Positions 9,436 to 22,003 of a DNA stretch of 64,000 nucleotides are shown piece after piece. How positions within the stretch are numbered: the stretch's first letter is position 1; every line of letters begins with the position of its first letter. The translations under genes and the position numbers were made by a program. The DNA comes from Marsupella aquatica (Eukaryota > Plantae > Marchantiophyta). The notes beneath the pieces were generated by a model. The model was not told the origin of the DNA, did not search any database, and saw only the letters and a list, made by a program, of their open reading frames with translations. Where the stretch lies: the NCBI GenBank assembly GCA_973895155.1, contig OZ316895.1, positions 18,361,880-18,425,879 of the forward strand. The letters run 5' to 3'.

Positions 9436-12393
9436 CAATCACAGAATGACCAGGAGGCCCCGCAACTAGAAGCGCCCTGTGTTGAGGAAGAGCGCTCACC
9501 CCATTTGGAGGAGGCGGATATGGAGCTTCCAAAGTTTAGAGAATTTGAACTCAGACCAGCGGGTCTTACTGAAGGGATAGTAGACACTGCTGCGTGCCAA
9601 AAAATTGAGATCGAACCTGGTAAGTTCCTCAACATCGGTCAGCACATCCAGGGCGAGCTGAGAGAACGGTATATTTTGCTGCTAACCCAATACAAGGACG
9701 TGTTTGCCTGGAGTCATGCAGATTTGAAGGGGATACACCCACACCTTGGAGAACATAGGATTGACCTGATGGAAGGGGCAGTTCCAGTTCGCCAGAGGCA
9801 ATACCGTCTCAACCCCAAGTACTCAGTTCTTGTTAAAGATGAGTTAGATAAGCTTACCTCTGCTGGGTTTATTTACCCTGTACTGAGCAGCGAGTGGGTA
9901 TCCCCTATTGTCATCGTTCCCAAAAAGCCTGGTCCGGACGGAAAGATGAAGATCCGTGTTTGTCAGGATTTCCGGAGACTGAATGCTGCCACTCGTAAGG
10001 ACCATTACCCTCTCCCGTTCATTGACTCCGTCCTGGATTTAGTCGCACGTCATGAATGGTATAGTTTTTTGGATGGGTATTCCGGATACAACCAAGTCTC
10101 AATTCGTCAGGAGGACCGCGATAAGACTACTTTTACCACCGACTGGGGCACATATGCTTTCACCATGATGCCTTTCGGCCTATGTAATGCCCCTGGAACT
10201 TTCCAGCGCATAATGATGATTATTTTTCAGGAGTATTTGAGGCACTTCATGGAAATTTTTATTGACGACTTCTGTGTGTTTTCTAATTCTGTGGCTGACC
10301 ACTTGATACACCTTGAGAAGACCTTTCAGAAGTGCCGGGACGCTCAGCTGTGCCTACACCCAGAAAAGTGCTACATTGGAATGCAGGAAGGCATTTTGTT
10401 GGGCCATGTCATTTCTCAGCGAGGTATTGAGGTGGATAAAGAAAAAATTCGAGTGATCTTAGAGCTGCAACCTCCGGCTGATTTGAAGCAGTTGAGGGGG
10501 TTCCTGGGACACGTGGGTTACTATCGACGATTTATACATAAGTACTCGGATAGGGCTCTACCCCTCACTCAGTTGCTGAAGCAAGAGGTTCCTTACACTT
10601 GGACCCCTGAGCGACAGGCTGCTTTTCAAGCCTTGAAGGGATGTTTGGTGACCGCTCCAGTCTTGTCCCCTCCTAATTGGAGTAAGAAGTTTCATGTTTT
10701 CATTGATGCTTCTGCTTTCTGTGTAGGGGCTAATCTCAGCCAACGCGATGAAGCAAATAGGGACCATCCGATTTACTATGCAAGCAGGCAGATGAGTGCA
10801 GCGGAAAAACATTACACTATTACTGAGAGGGAAGCTTTGGCAATTGTGTTCGCATGTAAGAAATTCCGCCACTACTTGCTCGGCTATCAGGTTGTTTTCC
10901 ATACGGACCATAATTCCTTGAAGTATTTAGTCAATCAAGTGGACCTTTCGGGACGAGTGGCTCGCTGGGTTCTTCTGTTGCAGGAGTTCGATTACGAGGT
11001 TCAGGTGCGGCCAGGGCAGCATCATGAGAATGCGGATTTTTTATCCCGACTTCCTGGTCCTGTGAATGAGCATAGTCTCTCTGATGACTTTCCTGATGAG
11101 CAACTTTGGCATATCGAAGGTGAGTCATCCAAATATTTTGATATTGTGCAAATGTTGTTACATGGGATATTTCCTCCGGATCTGAATGCAGAAGAGAGGG
11201 CGGTGTTTATGCATAAGGTTGGACCCCACTCCATTATCAAGGATGTACTCTTTAGACAAGGTCCTGATCAGAAGTTCCGAAGGTGTCTGGAAGAGAGAGA
11301 AATACCGACAGTGTTACAAGCTCTTCACCAGGGGGATACTGGTGGCCACTATGCCGTCAACACCACAGTTCGAAAGGTCCAGGATGCCGGATACTGGTGG
11401 CCCACAATGCATAGGGATACTTACCTGTTCATTAAGAGTTGTGACCCCTGTCAGCGAGTGGGAAAACCGACTGCTTCCTCCAAGTGGCCCTTGACATCCA
11501 TTTTGCCATTGGCTCCTTTCGAGAAATGGGGAATCGACTTCATTGGACCCATTTCTCCAGCAGCACGGCGAACCCGTAGTAAGTATATTATCCTTGCTAC
11601 CGACTACGCCACCAAGTGGGTGGAAGCAGCTGCCACGAGGAAGAACGATGCTAACACTGCTGCTGCCTTTTTGTTTGAGCACATTATAACTCGCTTTGGT
11701 TGCCCACTGGAGTTGGTAAGTGATCGCGGCCTTCATTTTCTGAATGCAACTATTGAGCTGATCACAGATCTTTACCTCATTAAGCACCGGAAAACTACCC
11801 CATACAACCCTCGGGCAAATGGGCTTACAGAGAGGGCTAATGGTATCATGGGAAAAATCCTCAATAAGATGGTAGCAGCCCACAAAACTGATTGGGACAT
11901 TAAGTTATTCTCTGCATTATGGGCTTATAGAACTGCAGAGAAAATAACAACCTTACGCACCCCTTTTTACCTGACTTACGGATTTGATAGTATTGTCCCT
12001 ATTGAGTTTTCCATTCCCACCGACAGAATTTTGGTGCCCGACCGGCTGTCAGTTGAGGAGAGTTTACCGCATAGACTAGTTGACCTTAATTTATTAGAGG
12101 AAGACAGACTCGCTGCTTTGCATCACACTCATGTCGTCCAGAGTAAGCGTAAGAAGGTCTATGATGCTAAACTGAAAAAAGTGGAGTTAGACGTGGGTGA
12201 TTTAGCCTTAATTTATGATTCTCGTTTTATGTTGTTCCCTGGAAAGATGCATACTCATTGGCTAGGACCATATCGTGTTACCAACATATGGAGTAATGGA
12301 TCTGTAGCGTTGACTACCCTTGATGGTCATCCTTTAGATACTCGAATAAATGGCTTCCGTCTTAAATGCTATCATTCACCTGCCCCAGACTAG
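9436..12393 (+). CDS. pol: Pol: reverse transcriptase, RNase H, integrase; same frame, after a single TGA
   Basis: RT LDGYSGYNQ, MPFGLCNAP, FIDD; RNase H DAS, EREALA, TDH; integrase HHCC, GIDFIGP, SDRG, NGLTERAN, GPY motif. Confidence 0.95.
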   Translation, partial: QSQNDQEAPQLEAPCVEEERSPHLEEADMELPKFREFELRPAGLTEGIVDTAACQKIEIEPGKFLNIGQHIQGELRERYILLLTQYKDVFAWSHADLKGIHPHLGEHRIDLMEGAVPVRQRQYRLNPKYSVLVKDELDKLTSAGFIYPVLSSEWVSPIVIVPKKPGPDGKMKIRVCQDFRRLNAATRKDHYPLPFIDSVLDLVARHEWYSFLDGYSGYNQVSIRQEDRDKTTFTTDWGTYAFTMMPFGLCNAPGTFQRIMMIIFQEYLRHFMEIFIDDFCVFSNSVADHLIHLEKTFQKCRDAQLCLHPEKCYIGMQEGILLGHVISQRGIEVDKEKIRVILELQPPADLKQLRGFLGHVGYYRRFIHKYSDRALPLTQLLKQEVPYTWTPERQAAFQALKGCLVTAPVLSPPNWSKKFHVFIDASAFCVGANLSQRDEANRDHPIYYASRQMSAAEKHYTITEREALAIVFACKKFRHYLLGYQVVFHTDHNSLKYLVNQVDLSGRVARWVLLLQEFDYEVQVRPGQHHENADFLSRLPGPVNEHSLSDDFPDEQLWHIEGESSKYFDIVQMLLHGIFPPDLNAEERAVFMHKVGPHSIIKDVLFRQGPDQKFRRCLEEREIPTVLQALHQGDTGGHYAVNTTVRKVQDAGYWWPTMHRDTYLFIKSCDPCQRVGKPTASSKWPLTSILPLAPFEKWGIDFIGPISPAARRTRSKYIILATDYATKWVEAAATRKNDANTAAAFLFEHIITRFGCPLELVSDRGLHFLNATIELITDLYLIKHRKTTPYNPRANGLTERANGIMGKILNKMVAAHKTDWDIKLFSALWAYRTAEKITTLRTPFYLTYGFDSIVPIEFSIPTDRILVPDRLSVEESLPHRLVDLNLLEEDRLAALHHTHVVQSKRKKVYDAKLKKVELDVGDLALIYDSRFMLFPGKMHTHWLGPYRVTNIWSNGSVALTTLDGHPLDTRINGFRLKCYHSPAPD

Positions 12394-12417
12394 GCTTGTG
12401 ACGGCACTGCGCCGTTT

Positions 12418-12427
12418 GAAGGGGGGA
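12418..12427 (+). promoter_or_regulatory. Polypurine tract of Gypsy 1
   Basis: GAAGGGGGGA ending 3 nt before the 3' LTR. Confidence 0.85.
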
Positions 12428-12430
12428 TTA

Positions 12431-13859
12431 TGTGGTATACCCGTTAGCGATAATCTTCTAAATAGGAGACATTTTTAATTTTTTTGGATGGAAGTTAGAA
12501 ACTTTGAGGTTGTAAGCAGGATAATTAGCCATAAAGAGCATTAAGTGAGTAGGGAAGAGGAACGGCCTTTACCAAGAAATGAGCGCTTCAACCTGGTGAC
12601 CGGTAGCAGTAAGAGCGCGAGAAAGAATGAGTACTGGCGGAGGAGCTATGCAGGTCGAGGAAGAAAACCGAAGGCTTAGGACAATTGTTGAAGCTGTAAT
12701 GTGACACCACTGATTGAAGACAGGGCGCTGCGAGTAAAACAGGGATAATTTTTGGGCAGAAGTGTCAACTCATAAGAGACGCCCTCTGTTAGTAGTTCTT
12801 AAGACAGCACTATTTACTTACTCAGAGCACCTTTAGTAAGTTTACTAAGTAGATGTTCACTATTGTTTTACCGACAGCGCTACTAGTTGATTTTCCACCA
12901 TAGTAAGAAGTCTCTTTTCTAGTTAGCAGCACTCAGTACTCTACTACTTTTCATACTAGTTAAAACTACAGTATGTAGTTTAGTTTAGATCAGCCTTTCT
13001 AGATCTCATTTTAGTTACTTTTCTTTCTAGATTCTAGGGAACACTTTCTCTGCCTTGACTTTGATGATACTTAAGCCCTTGTTTTTCCTCATTTCGGGTG
13101 AGAAGGACTAAATTGGAAGCCTGGCTGTAGATGCAAGACTCCCGGTCGCTCCCTTTGTTTGTGATCTATTCAGTTGTAGAGATTGCAAATGAAGTAAATG
13201 TTTGTGTTGAGGAATTTGTTTTGAAAGATTCCTCGATAAACAAGTGTATGTTCAACTTCTGGAAATCAAGATGAATTTTATGATTGATTGCTTACAGTGA
13301 TGAGAATCATTCAAAATTCAAAGATGAATGTTTATAGGAAAGTGTCAAATCTATCATTGAGGGACAAGAGTACCATTATTATGCCCTGGACTTTTGCATT
13401 AGTGTTTTGTCTATGCCATACCTGATGCCTAGCCAAACCGTGTTGCCATCATTTTAATGCAAAGCTCGGCAATTATAATCTGAAATTTACCTTGAAAACG
13501 GTAGAGATTATATCTTTCCTGTGATCTTCTCATGACAAGAGCGAGATTTTGAAGGAGAAGAATATAGGAGAATGGGTTGAGTAAGACCCTAATCTTTGTT
13601 GAAGGAAGGGCAATGCCATTCATATTCCTTGAATTCTTCCTTATGTAAATCCACCTTCAATCATGATTCCAGAATTAGTTGTTACTGGTTGATTTTATTC
13701 TGTGTTTGATCGGTTGAAGATAGAGAAATTTGAGAGGTCAGCTTATATCTCTTCATTAACACTATTTCCTTCAATAGCTTCCACTTTGTTCTTTACGGGA
13801 TCGACTTTGGGTTATCTTTGGCTTTAAACCTTGTGTTTTATTTATAGACCTATATCACA
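12431..13859 (+). repeat. 3' LTR of Gypsy 1
   Basis: Copy of 3802-5230, followed by TSD CAGAC. Confidence 0.97.
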
Positions 13860-13864
13860 CAGAC

Positions 13865-15369
13865 ATGGATCAGCTGTGAGTATTGCCATTCCAATCTGAT
13901 TTATACATCATTTTCCATTTGATAGAGTGTTGTGTTGTTTGTTAGTTTGACAGTGAGAATGTTGTGTTTGTTTGTGGTTCATTTACAGACACCACATTCA
14001 AAAGAAGAGATCACTGCCATTGGGGCTGTCAAATTGGATGTGGATGAGTTGAAAGGCACTATGAAGGAGTTGACAAACATGATGACTATATGGATGGCAC
14101 ATCACTCCAGTAATGCACAAGTTCCAACATTTGTTCCTAGTCATAGTAAGTTGACTACAGCTACCAAAGAAGGTAGTAGAAAACAATCTTTTACTTTTTC
14201 AGATGATAATGGAGGTAAAATTCTCTATCATCTATTCACTGTCCATTCAATGTAATTATTGTGGTGTATATATGTCATTGTATGTTTATAATGTTCTTGC
14301 ATGTTCTAGTGTGATTATATGTTGCTGGTGTATACACGTTTGTTTATGCATTTCTCTTGTGTGTATTTTATGACAGCATCTTTAGGGGAGCCTCCTGTGT
14401 TGCAGGGAAATCCAACTGACAGAACTAACAATATTCTGAAGCAAAATGAATTGGAAGTGAACCTATTGCCATTTGAGTTGCCCAAAGATGCCATTTCAGA
14501 TGCCTTTCAGTTGCCAAAGGATAAGTCAATTGAGTTGACACCAGATAAAACCCCAGAATCATCTGAGTTGCCAAAAGATACTCCTGCTCTAAGTGAACAG
14601 GATGACACTCCATCAACTAGAAGGGGAAAGTTCAAGAAAAGGAAGAAAGGAACTTCAGCAAATGCATCACCTGCACAGAAGAAACTCATTCAGTCTCCTA
14701 ACCCCATTGCAAAGGTAAAAGTGTTGTTAGATTTGAGTGTTAGATTTGAGTGTTCACAAATTGTATCTTTCAATTTGTGCATATTGCATTTTTAACAAAA
14801 TGTGTTATTCACAGTTTGCAAGAGGAGATTTGGTGAAGATGAAGAGTGTTGTGGACAATTCCATGATAGTGGCAGAAGGTGAGGTGACAGGGTTGCCAAG
14901 AGAAGATAAGTTCCATTGTGCAGATTTTGAAGCCCTTTCTTGCGAGTGCGTGTGATTGAACTGTTTGTAGATGTGGCATTGCCATTTGCTAATGCAGGGG
15001 AGAACCAGTCTAAGTGGGTATGGCACGCGTGACAATAAACAAGAAACAGGTTTACTGGTACCAGGAAAATTTTTCCTGTTACCAGCAAAAAGTTATTGTT
15101 ATCAGGAAAAACAACCATGTCAAAATATTTTCTAAAAAATCTCATTTTCCAAGAAAAATCTAAGTTACAACATTTTTTGGCTAGCTTTGGGCGCTAGCAA
15201 AAAAAATTCAAAAAAATTCAAAAAAAATTACCACTCATTTTCCTGTTACCAGTTTCTGTTTTCTGTTACTGTTTGCTGTTTCCTGTCGTTTGTAAATACC
15301 CCGTCTAAGTTATCTGATGTGAAGGGGATGAATGCCCTATGGAACTCTAGATTGCTCAAGAAGCAGTAA
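13865..15369 (+). pseudogene. CACTA 1 second gene, 3' exons with Tnp1/Transposase_23-like C-terminal domain
   Basis: Last exon reads IVAEGEV...KFH...V.V.ELFVDVALPFANAGENQSK|LSDVKGMNALWNSRLLKKQ once the MITE is removed; short GT-AG introns. Confidence 0.6.
15016..15302. mobile_element. MITE (Mutator- or hAT-like) inserted in the last coding exon of CACTA 1
   Basis: TSD GTCTAAGT (15008-15015 and 15303-15310); termini GGGTAT...ATACCC(C) with degenerate aaacag/ctgttt inverted arms. Confidence 0.8.
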
Positions 15370-16352
15370 AAGCAGCCATGGGCCAAGAAGCGATAGACAT
15401 GATAGCAGTAGGTTTTGTAGAATGAGAAAGACAACTCTATTTTTCTACAAACATTAAGAGTTGTTGGTATTTCAGATTGTAGCACTTGACAATATATCTA
15501 ATAATAATAATATGTGTATGCTTTTTTTCAATGTCATTTTGCTAGCTTGTCATTGAAATGACATTGAAAAAACTTAATCACACTTGCATTTGATTATTTG
15601 CTTGCATTTGCATTGAGTTGAATAACTATTGTAGGATTGAAGAATGTGTCATGTCTATTGGATTTGTAAGGTATAGAATGTCTCTTTAGGGTTTCATTCT
15701 GCAAATGTATTGAATAACTTTGTAGTGTATGACTCTTAAAATGACATGGATTTCTGTCTAATAAGACCACCCTAAGTCATTGAATACATGACCTGAATGA
15801 CATATAAATTGACTTATCTAATGGTCATTATGAACATTTACATTTGTGTCCAATATGACTCGACTCAAGTCATTAAATACATAACTTTAATGACCCCAAA
15901 AATGACATCTAAAATGACCGATGTCATGGTCATTATGGACATCTATAATTGTGTCCAAAATCACTACTTTGAAGTCATTCAAGACATGTCATTAATGACT
16001 AATGTGTATTTTACGTGTCATCTCCCAATTGAATCACGTATTCCAATATCTCTAGACTACAATGTAGTCATTTTGGACAAGTCTTCCTTTAAACGTTTTT
16101 TGCAATTTTTATTACTTTGAGGGGCCACGCAAACCCCATGGCCGGGGGGGAACAAAACAGAATAACAACCACCATGGCAACCATAGCAAATCGCTAGCAC
16201 ACACCAATGCAAACGGTTTACCAGCAGCACCCATAACAAGTATCCTACCAGCGATCTGGCGCAGAAGACCAACCTCACCCCCAGTATATACTTATCCTAC
16301 AACAATCCAGCATCCTAACCAGCCTACTATCCCTCATTTAGACAGTCTTGCT

Positions 16353-19300
16353 CTATCCTGATGTGATCCAACAATCCCTACGCCTCAACCATGTGAGCCT
16401 TTCTTCCTTGATGATCTCTTTCACCCGTAACAGCCGAGTGCGTCTGCTGCATGCCCGCAATGTCAGCCCAACCGCAGTAACCTGATCCACCACCTCCGAG
16501 AGAGTGAAGTGAATGTCAAATCTCCGGGCCCTGCCCTGCTTGAACATATGCTCATTACGTCCCAACCAAATCACCCACAATATCTGGTATAAGACAAACA
16601 TTTTAACAACCTTCCTATAATCCTTGCCCACTGCAGAATTAATCATCCCAAGCAACCCTCCAGAATAGTCCACAAATATGCCCTCAAATCTTAGAGAACA
16701 GAGCTGCCAACATCGCTGTGCATGTTGACAAGTCAAGAACAAATGTGGAATAGTCTCTAGTGTGCCCGGACATAGCTTGCACTCACCATTACCTTTACCA
16801 ATTCTGGCTACCCTAACCCCCGTGAAGAGCCCAGATGCCACTATTCGCCACATAAATGTCTTAGCCCTCATAGACAAATCCGATCCCCACAGACCCGCCC
16901 AGCTTGCACTCCATTCGTAGCCCGTGCAATCCATTCCCCATGTCCTGTTTAAACTCTGCAAATCTCCCACCTCCGCTCTCAGCATTTGATATGCCCTCTT
17001 ATTTGAGACTCTAAACATCCTAAGAGCGGTTGGGTTGTCAGCCCAACACCAGCTCTCCGGCCTAGGCACCATCCCCCACTCACAACTCGGAACCTCTGCT
17101 AACAGCCCTATAAATCTTTGTCCAAGTGTTAAGTGTTCCTCAGAAAAGCCACGTAAATGTAGCCACTGTCCTGCCAGCACTCGCCATCCATTTCTTTCTC
17201 TTGACCATAAATCTTGCATGCACCTTATGCCCAGTCATCCACAGAGAACCGTCATTGCTTCCCTGTCGTAGGTGCTCCATGCCTGCGTGCCCTTTAAGCA
17301 ACGGAGCACATCACAAATCGCCCATCTACCTATGCACTCAAAGGGACAGAATATCAAATTTGTTTGCAGCAATTCCCAAGCCTTCGAGAGATCCCCTGTA
17401 TATGCCATCCCATGGAGTGCCCTAGGGCAGCCAAGTACCATCTTATCCCGGAAGGTATACCCGTTCCTACGCATCACTTTATAGTTAGTCCATCCGATCC
17501 GATTCAGATTTTCTACAAACATTCTGGCCCATTCCGAATCCGGGTAGTCCATGGCACTGGTAAACCATTTTGATAACAGCGCATCAGAGTGACTGCGGAA
17601 ATCCTTAAACCCTAGTCCGCCATCCAGCTTGGGACATGAAAGACGTGCCCAGGAAACAAGCGGAACTCGCTTACCCCCTTCTTTGTTATATCCCCATAAA
17701 AAATCCCTGCACAATGCAGTCATTTTCCTAGCCAAACCAGCAAACGCCTTTAGGAACATTGAATGATAAATGGGAATTGCCTGAAGTATGTGCCTAATCA
17801 AAAGTGAGCGTCCTGTAAAAGTAAGCATTTTGTTCGACCAAGAAGATAACCTCTTCCCAATTTTATCAAGACAAAAGCTGTGCAGTTGTTCTATTTTCAG
17901 ATCCACCCCCAAAGGTGCACCCAGATACTTCTGTAACTCTCCGTTCTTGCTAATCACACATCCTGTGGCTTGCAACCATGCAGGAATCCATCTCATTGCA
18001 ATCGGGATGACAATAGATTTACGCAGATTCAGTCTTGCCCACGTGGCCAATTCATAACACTGCAGCACTGCTGTTGCTTTCAGAAAACTCCTCTCCTGGG
18101 CCGGGATAAACATCCCCAAGTCATCAGCAAAAAATCTATAGCATATCCTCAAGTCCGCTGAGACTTGAATGCCATCTAAACGCCCTGCCTCAATCTCAGC
18201 ATCCATAAAATCCATCAAAGGCTGAGTCGATATCACAAATAAGAGAGGTGAAAGAGGGCAGCCCTGCCTAACTCCCCTCAACAGCCCAATCTCAGCAGAA
18301 AGCTGCCCATTTACGTAAATCCATGAGGATGCCTGGTGTAGTAGCGCCCTAACTAATTTTATGAACATTCCACTTATCCCCATTAAGTGCATGGTTTCCC
18401 ATATATACCCCTGATCCAGCCTGTCAAACGCTTTCTCAAAGTCTAGCTTAAGGAAAAGTGATTCAACCTTCTTGTTTTTCGCCCAGTCAAACATTAGCCA
18501 TGCCAACGAAATGTTCTCCAATATATTTCTCCCAGGAATAAAACTTGTTTGTTGAGGGCTAATAATCTTGGGCAAGATTCGAATTAGCCTTAATGCCAAT
18601 AACTTTGCAATCAACTTATATATTGTGTTCAGCATAGTAAGAGGCCTCCAATCCCTAAGATACTCCTTATCAGGTTTCTTTGGGATAAATTTGATCATCC
18701 CCTCTTTAATCCCTGCAGCTAATTTCCCCGTTAGCCAAAATTCCTGCACCATTGCTACCAAATCGTCCTGCATGAACACCCAATAGGCCTGGTAAACCTC
18801 TGCTGTCATCCCATCCGGTCCAGGGGCCTTATCTCTGGGAAGCATCCACAAAACTTCTTTGATTTCTTCTTTCGTTGGCAGCCCTTCTAACATTCGTATT
18901 TCCGTAATTGTCAACACACACCTTGTGTGCGCCAGCAATCGACTTCGCGCATTCAGAGAGTCCATCTGTTCCCTCCTAGATGGCTCCTTACGAGCATATA
19001 ATTCCTTACATGTCTTCTCTACTTCTCTCAATATCATCATTGGATCCGTGATCACCTTGCCATCATCCATCATGAGGCTCCTCATTGCCTCCCGTTCCCT
19101 TTTCGCCTTTACCGTTGCAAAATAAAATCTCGAAGGTTCCTCCCCTTCACCCAGCCATTTAATTCGAGCTAGCCTTCGTCCTCTGTGTGCCTCCTCCATT
19201 TTTGCAGCATGTACCTGATCTTCCATATCAACATAATCTCTCAACTCCTCCTCTATGTATTCTTCCAAGATCTCCATTTTCAAAACACGCAGCTGGTTTC

Positions 19301-20336
19301 TTAAAAGAAGCATTTCTTCATCTTTCTCTTTCGGTGTCGCTTGCTTCTCCATGTATTTACTCCTCATATTCCTGCAAGCCGTGTCAAAAGCAAGAATTGG
19401 TTCAATACAATCCCCCTTTCCCTGCACCCATGCCGTTCCAAGTACTTTGACCATACCCTCAATCCTAACCAGGGCAGGATTGGCCTTGAACAAAGATCTT
19501 CTCAGTCCCGATTTACCTTCCTGCCTTCCTTCCATGAGTCTAATGCCAATCACAACCGGGTCATGATCAGACAATGCCGATCCCCCGTCATGCACCAAAT
19601 CAACCAATTTATAGAGCCAGTCACCATTCGCACTAAGATAAAACCGATCCAATCTTGATTCAACCAATGACCCCATCCTGTTCCTTCTCCATGTGTAGCG
19701 CGCCCCCCGTACCTCCCCCTTGATTAACAAAGCATCCACCAAATTGAATCTAACTTTCAGAAATCTCCAGAACTCTGCTTCCCGCCCCTTAATCATGGGA
19801 GAATTACCGGTGGAGTCCTCCCTGATTTCGGTCATATTAAAGTCCCCACATACTATCCAGTTCTCCTGAGGAAGATGCATTTTAAGCTCATGCCACAATA
19901 TTGCTCTTAGTCGAGCAGTATTCGGTGCGTAAACACTCAAAATCCCAATACATTCCTGATACACTACAATCGCCCATACAGCTCGCCCCCGATCCAACAT
20001 CCCGGACGCGACCATCCTGTAGTCCGGATGTATCAGTAATGCTGTGCCTCCCCGACCTTCCTCCGGTGTTGACGCAACACATTGGTATGTTGGCAGAATT
20101 ACTCTCATAGCCATATCTAGTCTGAACTGGTCCGCCTTAATTTCTTGCAATGCCAATGCATCTAGACGTTCCTTCCTAGCTACAATCCAGTTTTTCACAA
20201 CATTATTCCGATTTGGTTCACACAGCCCACAGACATTCCAGGACACCACCCTCAAAATTCCTTCCATCTTTTGCCCCCGTCCCCCTCTCCCATAAGCTAA
20301 ATTCGCATTCACCCACCCAAAGAGGTTTCCGAGCAC
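16353..20336 (-). pseudogene. LINE ORF2 (AP endonuclease, RT, zf-RVT) with one in-frame TGA at 17237-17235
   Basis: EN SWNVCGL, LQE, GDFN, SRLDRFY, SDHDP; RT KAPGPDG, DFEKAFD, RQGCPLSP, FADD, YLG; C-terminal CKLC..ETIPHLF..C. The 17219 ORF continues in the same frame. Confidence 0.92.
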
Positions 20337-20548
20337 ACACTACCCCCCTTACGCCGCCTTGGAGTGACAATTGCTATCTCTCCAGTCTCTTCCATTTGTG
20401 AGTCTACAATCAGCAATGAAGAGTCCCACAGCTCCGTCGAGCCATCCTCACTCCGCACAACTGCATTGTTACTAGTCCTGCCTGTCCCCTTAATCTCCGC
20501 TTCCAACCTTGCTTCTCCCCCTGCATCAGCCGTAACACTATGTGAGAA

Positions 20549-22003
20549 CTATAATGACCGCTGCTTTTTAGAGTCATGCACTGCCCGATCCTTCTTAGTG
20601 GCAGGTGGCGTTCTCTTCTCTAGTTTCCTTGCTCGTTCTTTTCCCTTAGTAGATACATATGCCTCATATTCTGACATTTCCATGTCAGTGTCGCCATGAT
20701 ACGAATATGCATCCGGGTCCATATTATCGCTGCGTATATCCCTTCTTATTTCAATCTCCTTAGGAATTTTTCTGGATCCAGAGGGTTCAACGCATTGCGC
20801 CTCCGCATCAAGCCGCGTGTTCGCTCGGTTTTCCTCCTCAGCAAGCCCCATAGATATAATCTTCATTCTGTTTTCCTCTGCCTCTACTTCCCCCATCTCC
20901 CGCTCTACCAAGGCCAATGCGCTCACATTACCCTCAGCTTCCTCTCTCTCCACCTCCGAGGTTGTCACTTGCACTTGCACCGGGGAGGTAGTCCTTTCCT
21001 TGCTCATCAGCGATTCAATAGCTACTATATCAGCTGTTACCGTGTCCTTCCCTTGCAGTGCAGCCCGCCCTACTCCATTTCTTACTCGCAAGTTCATCTC
21101 AAGTTGCATTCTTAGAACCTCCTCTGGATCCCCCTCCGCCACTGCGTCCAATTCTTCAGGAGTACCCACCAGGTCCTCATCGTTATTCTCTTGATCTGCT
21201 TTTGCCACCACATCCCTTCCCTCCCTGTAGTCCCTCGCCAGATGACCCTTCTTATTGCATCGGAAACAATGATAAGGGATATTTTTGAACACAATTGGTT
21301 GCCATATGATTATGTCTCCCCGAATCTCCACCCGAGCACTATGCGGCACCTCCCGTTCAGTATCCCACAAGATACATGCTCTATCATGCGGATAGGAGCT
21401 ATAATCGTCTCCTTGTATATAGTGCAATAGCTTCCCAAGAGATTCTGTGATTTTCATTCGACAGCCTTCCAGAATCAATGCTCTAAATGGCAGCTCTATC
21501 CATACCGGCAGCTTTGTGAACTTCTCATTCCTGATGTCAAATGAAGGGTCCCATGGGAACATATATACCAGTTTACGTTCCAGAAACCAAGGTGCCGAAG
21601 TCAATGCCAAATCTCGATGATCAGCATTCTCAAAGACCACTAGATAGAAACTCTTACCAACAAATTTAATTTGCAGTACTGGCCAATTCCGTTCTTCCAC
21701 CATACGGGCAACAATCCAAGCACGAAAGCTTGGCAGCATTGGAGTCCAGTCCGTAAAATAACAAAGCATTCCACAGTTATACAGTTGCCTAGCATTGTTC
21801 GCTGCTTCCCCCAGACTCCACTCCACTGATGTATACAATTTAGTACTCCAGTCCCCAGTAGTGGAAGCCGCAGCCTCCTTAAGGATGTTGATACATTCAG
21901 CCGATACCACCACCTCATCCTGCTCAGACCCCTCTGTGTCGGCAGCTTCACTACCCTCGCGTGCCGAATTGGTTTCCCTTTCCTTAGGAGGGCTAGCCAC
22001 CAT
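20549..22003 (-). CDS. LINE ORF1 (DUF4283-like plus zinc knuckle)
   Basis: FYLVVF..A..R..AL...PWF......FPWDPSF......PVWIELP; knuckle CFRCNKKGHLARDY (last Cys lost). Confidence 0.85.
   Translation of the reverse strand: MVASPPKERETNSAREGSEAADTEGSEQDEVVVSAECINILKEAAASTTGDWSTKLYTSVEWSLGEAANNARQLYNCGMLCYFTDWTPMLPSFRAWIVARMVEERNWPVLQIKFVGKSFYLVVFENADHRDLALTSAPWFLERKLVYMFPWDPSFDIRNEKFTKLPVWIELPFRALILEGCRMKITESLGKLLHYIQGDDYSSYPHDRACILWDTEREVPHSARVEIRGDIIIWQPIVFKNIPYHCFRCNKKGHLARDYREGRDVVAKADQENNDEDLVGTPEELDAVAEGDPEEVLRMQLEMNLRVRNGVGRAALQGKDTVTADIVAIESLMSKERTTSPVQVQVTTSEVEREEAEGNVSALALVEREMGEVEAEENRMKIISMGLAEEENRANTRLDAEAQCVEPSGSRKIPKEIEIRRDIRSDNMDPDAYSYHGDTDMEMSEYEAYVSTKGKERARKLEKRTPPATKKDRAVHDSKKQRSL

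Larger units (their letters stand above)
3802..13859 (+). mobile_element. Full-length Ty3/Gypsy LTR retrotransposon, non-chromovirus (Athila-like PBS), very recent insertion
   Basis: 1429-bp LTRs TG...CA with 2 differences seen by eye; 5-bp TSD CAGAC (3797-3801 and 13860-13864); order gag-PR-RT-RH-INT; no chromodomain. Confidence 0.97.

Noticed and set aside
17232-17240. TGA CTG in LINE ORF2 as programmed readthrough
   Set aside because: Only a partial match to the TGA-CTAG context; the related LINE at ~58925 has an Arg codon at the matching position, so CGA>TGA decay is simpler.
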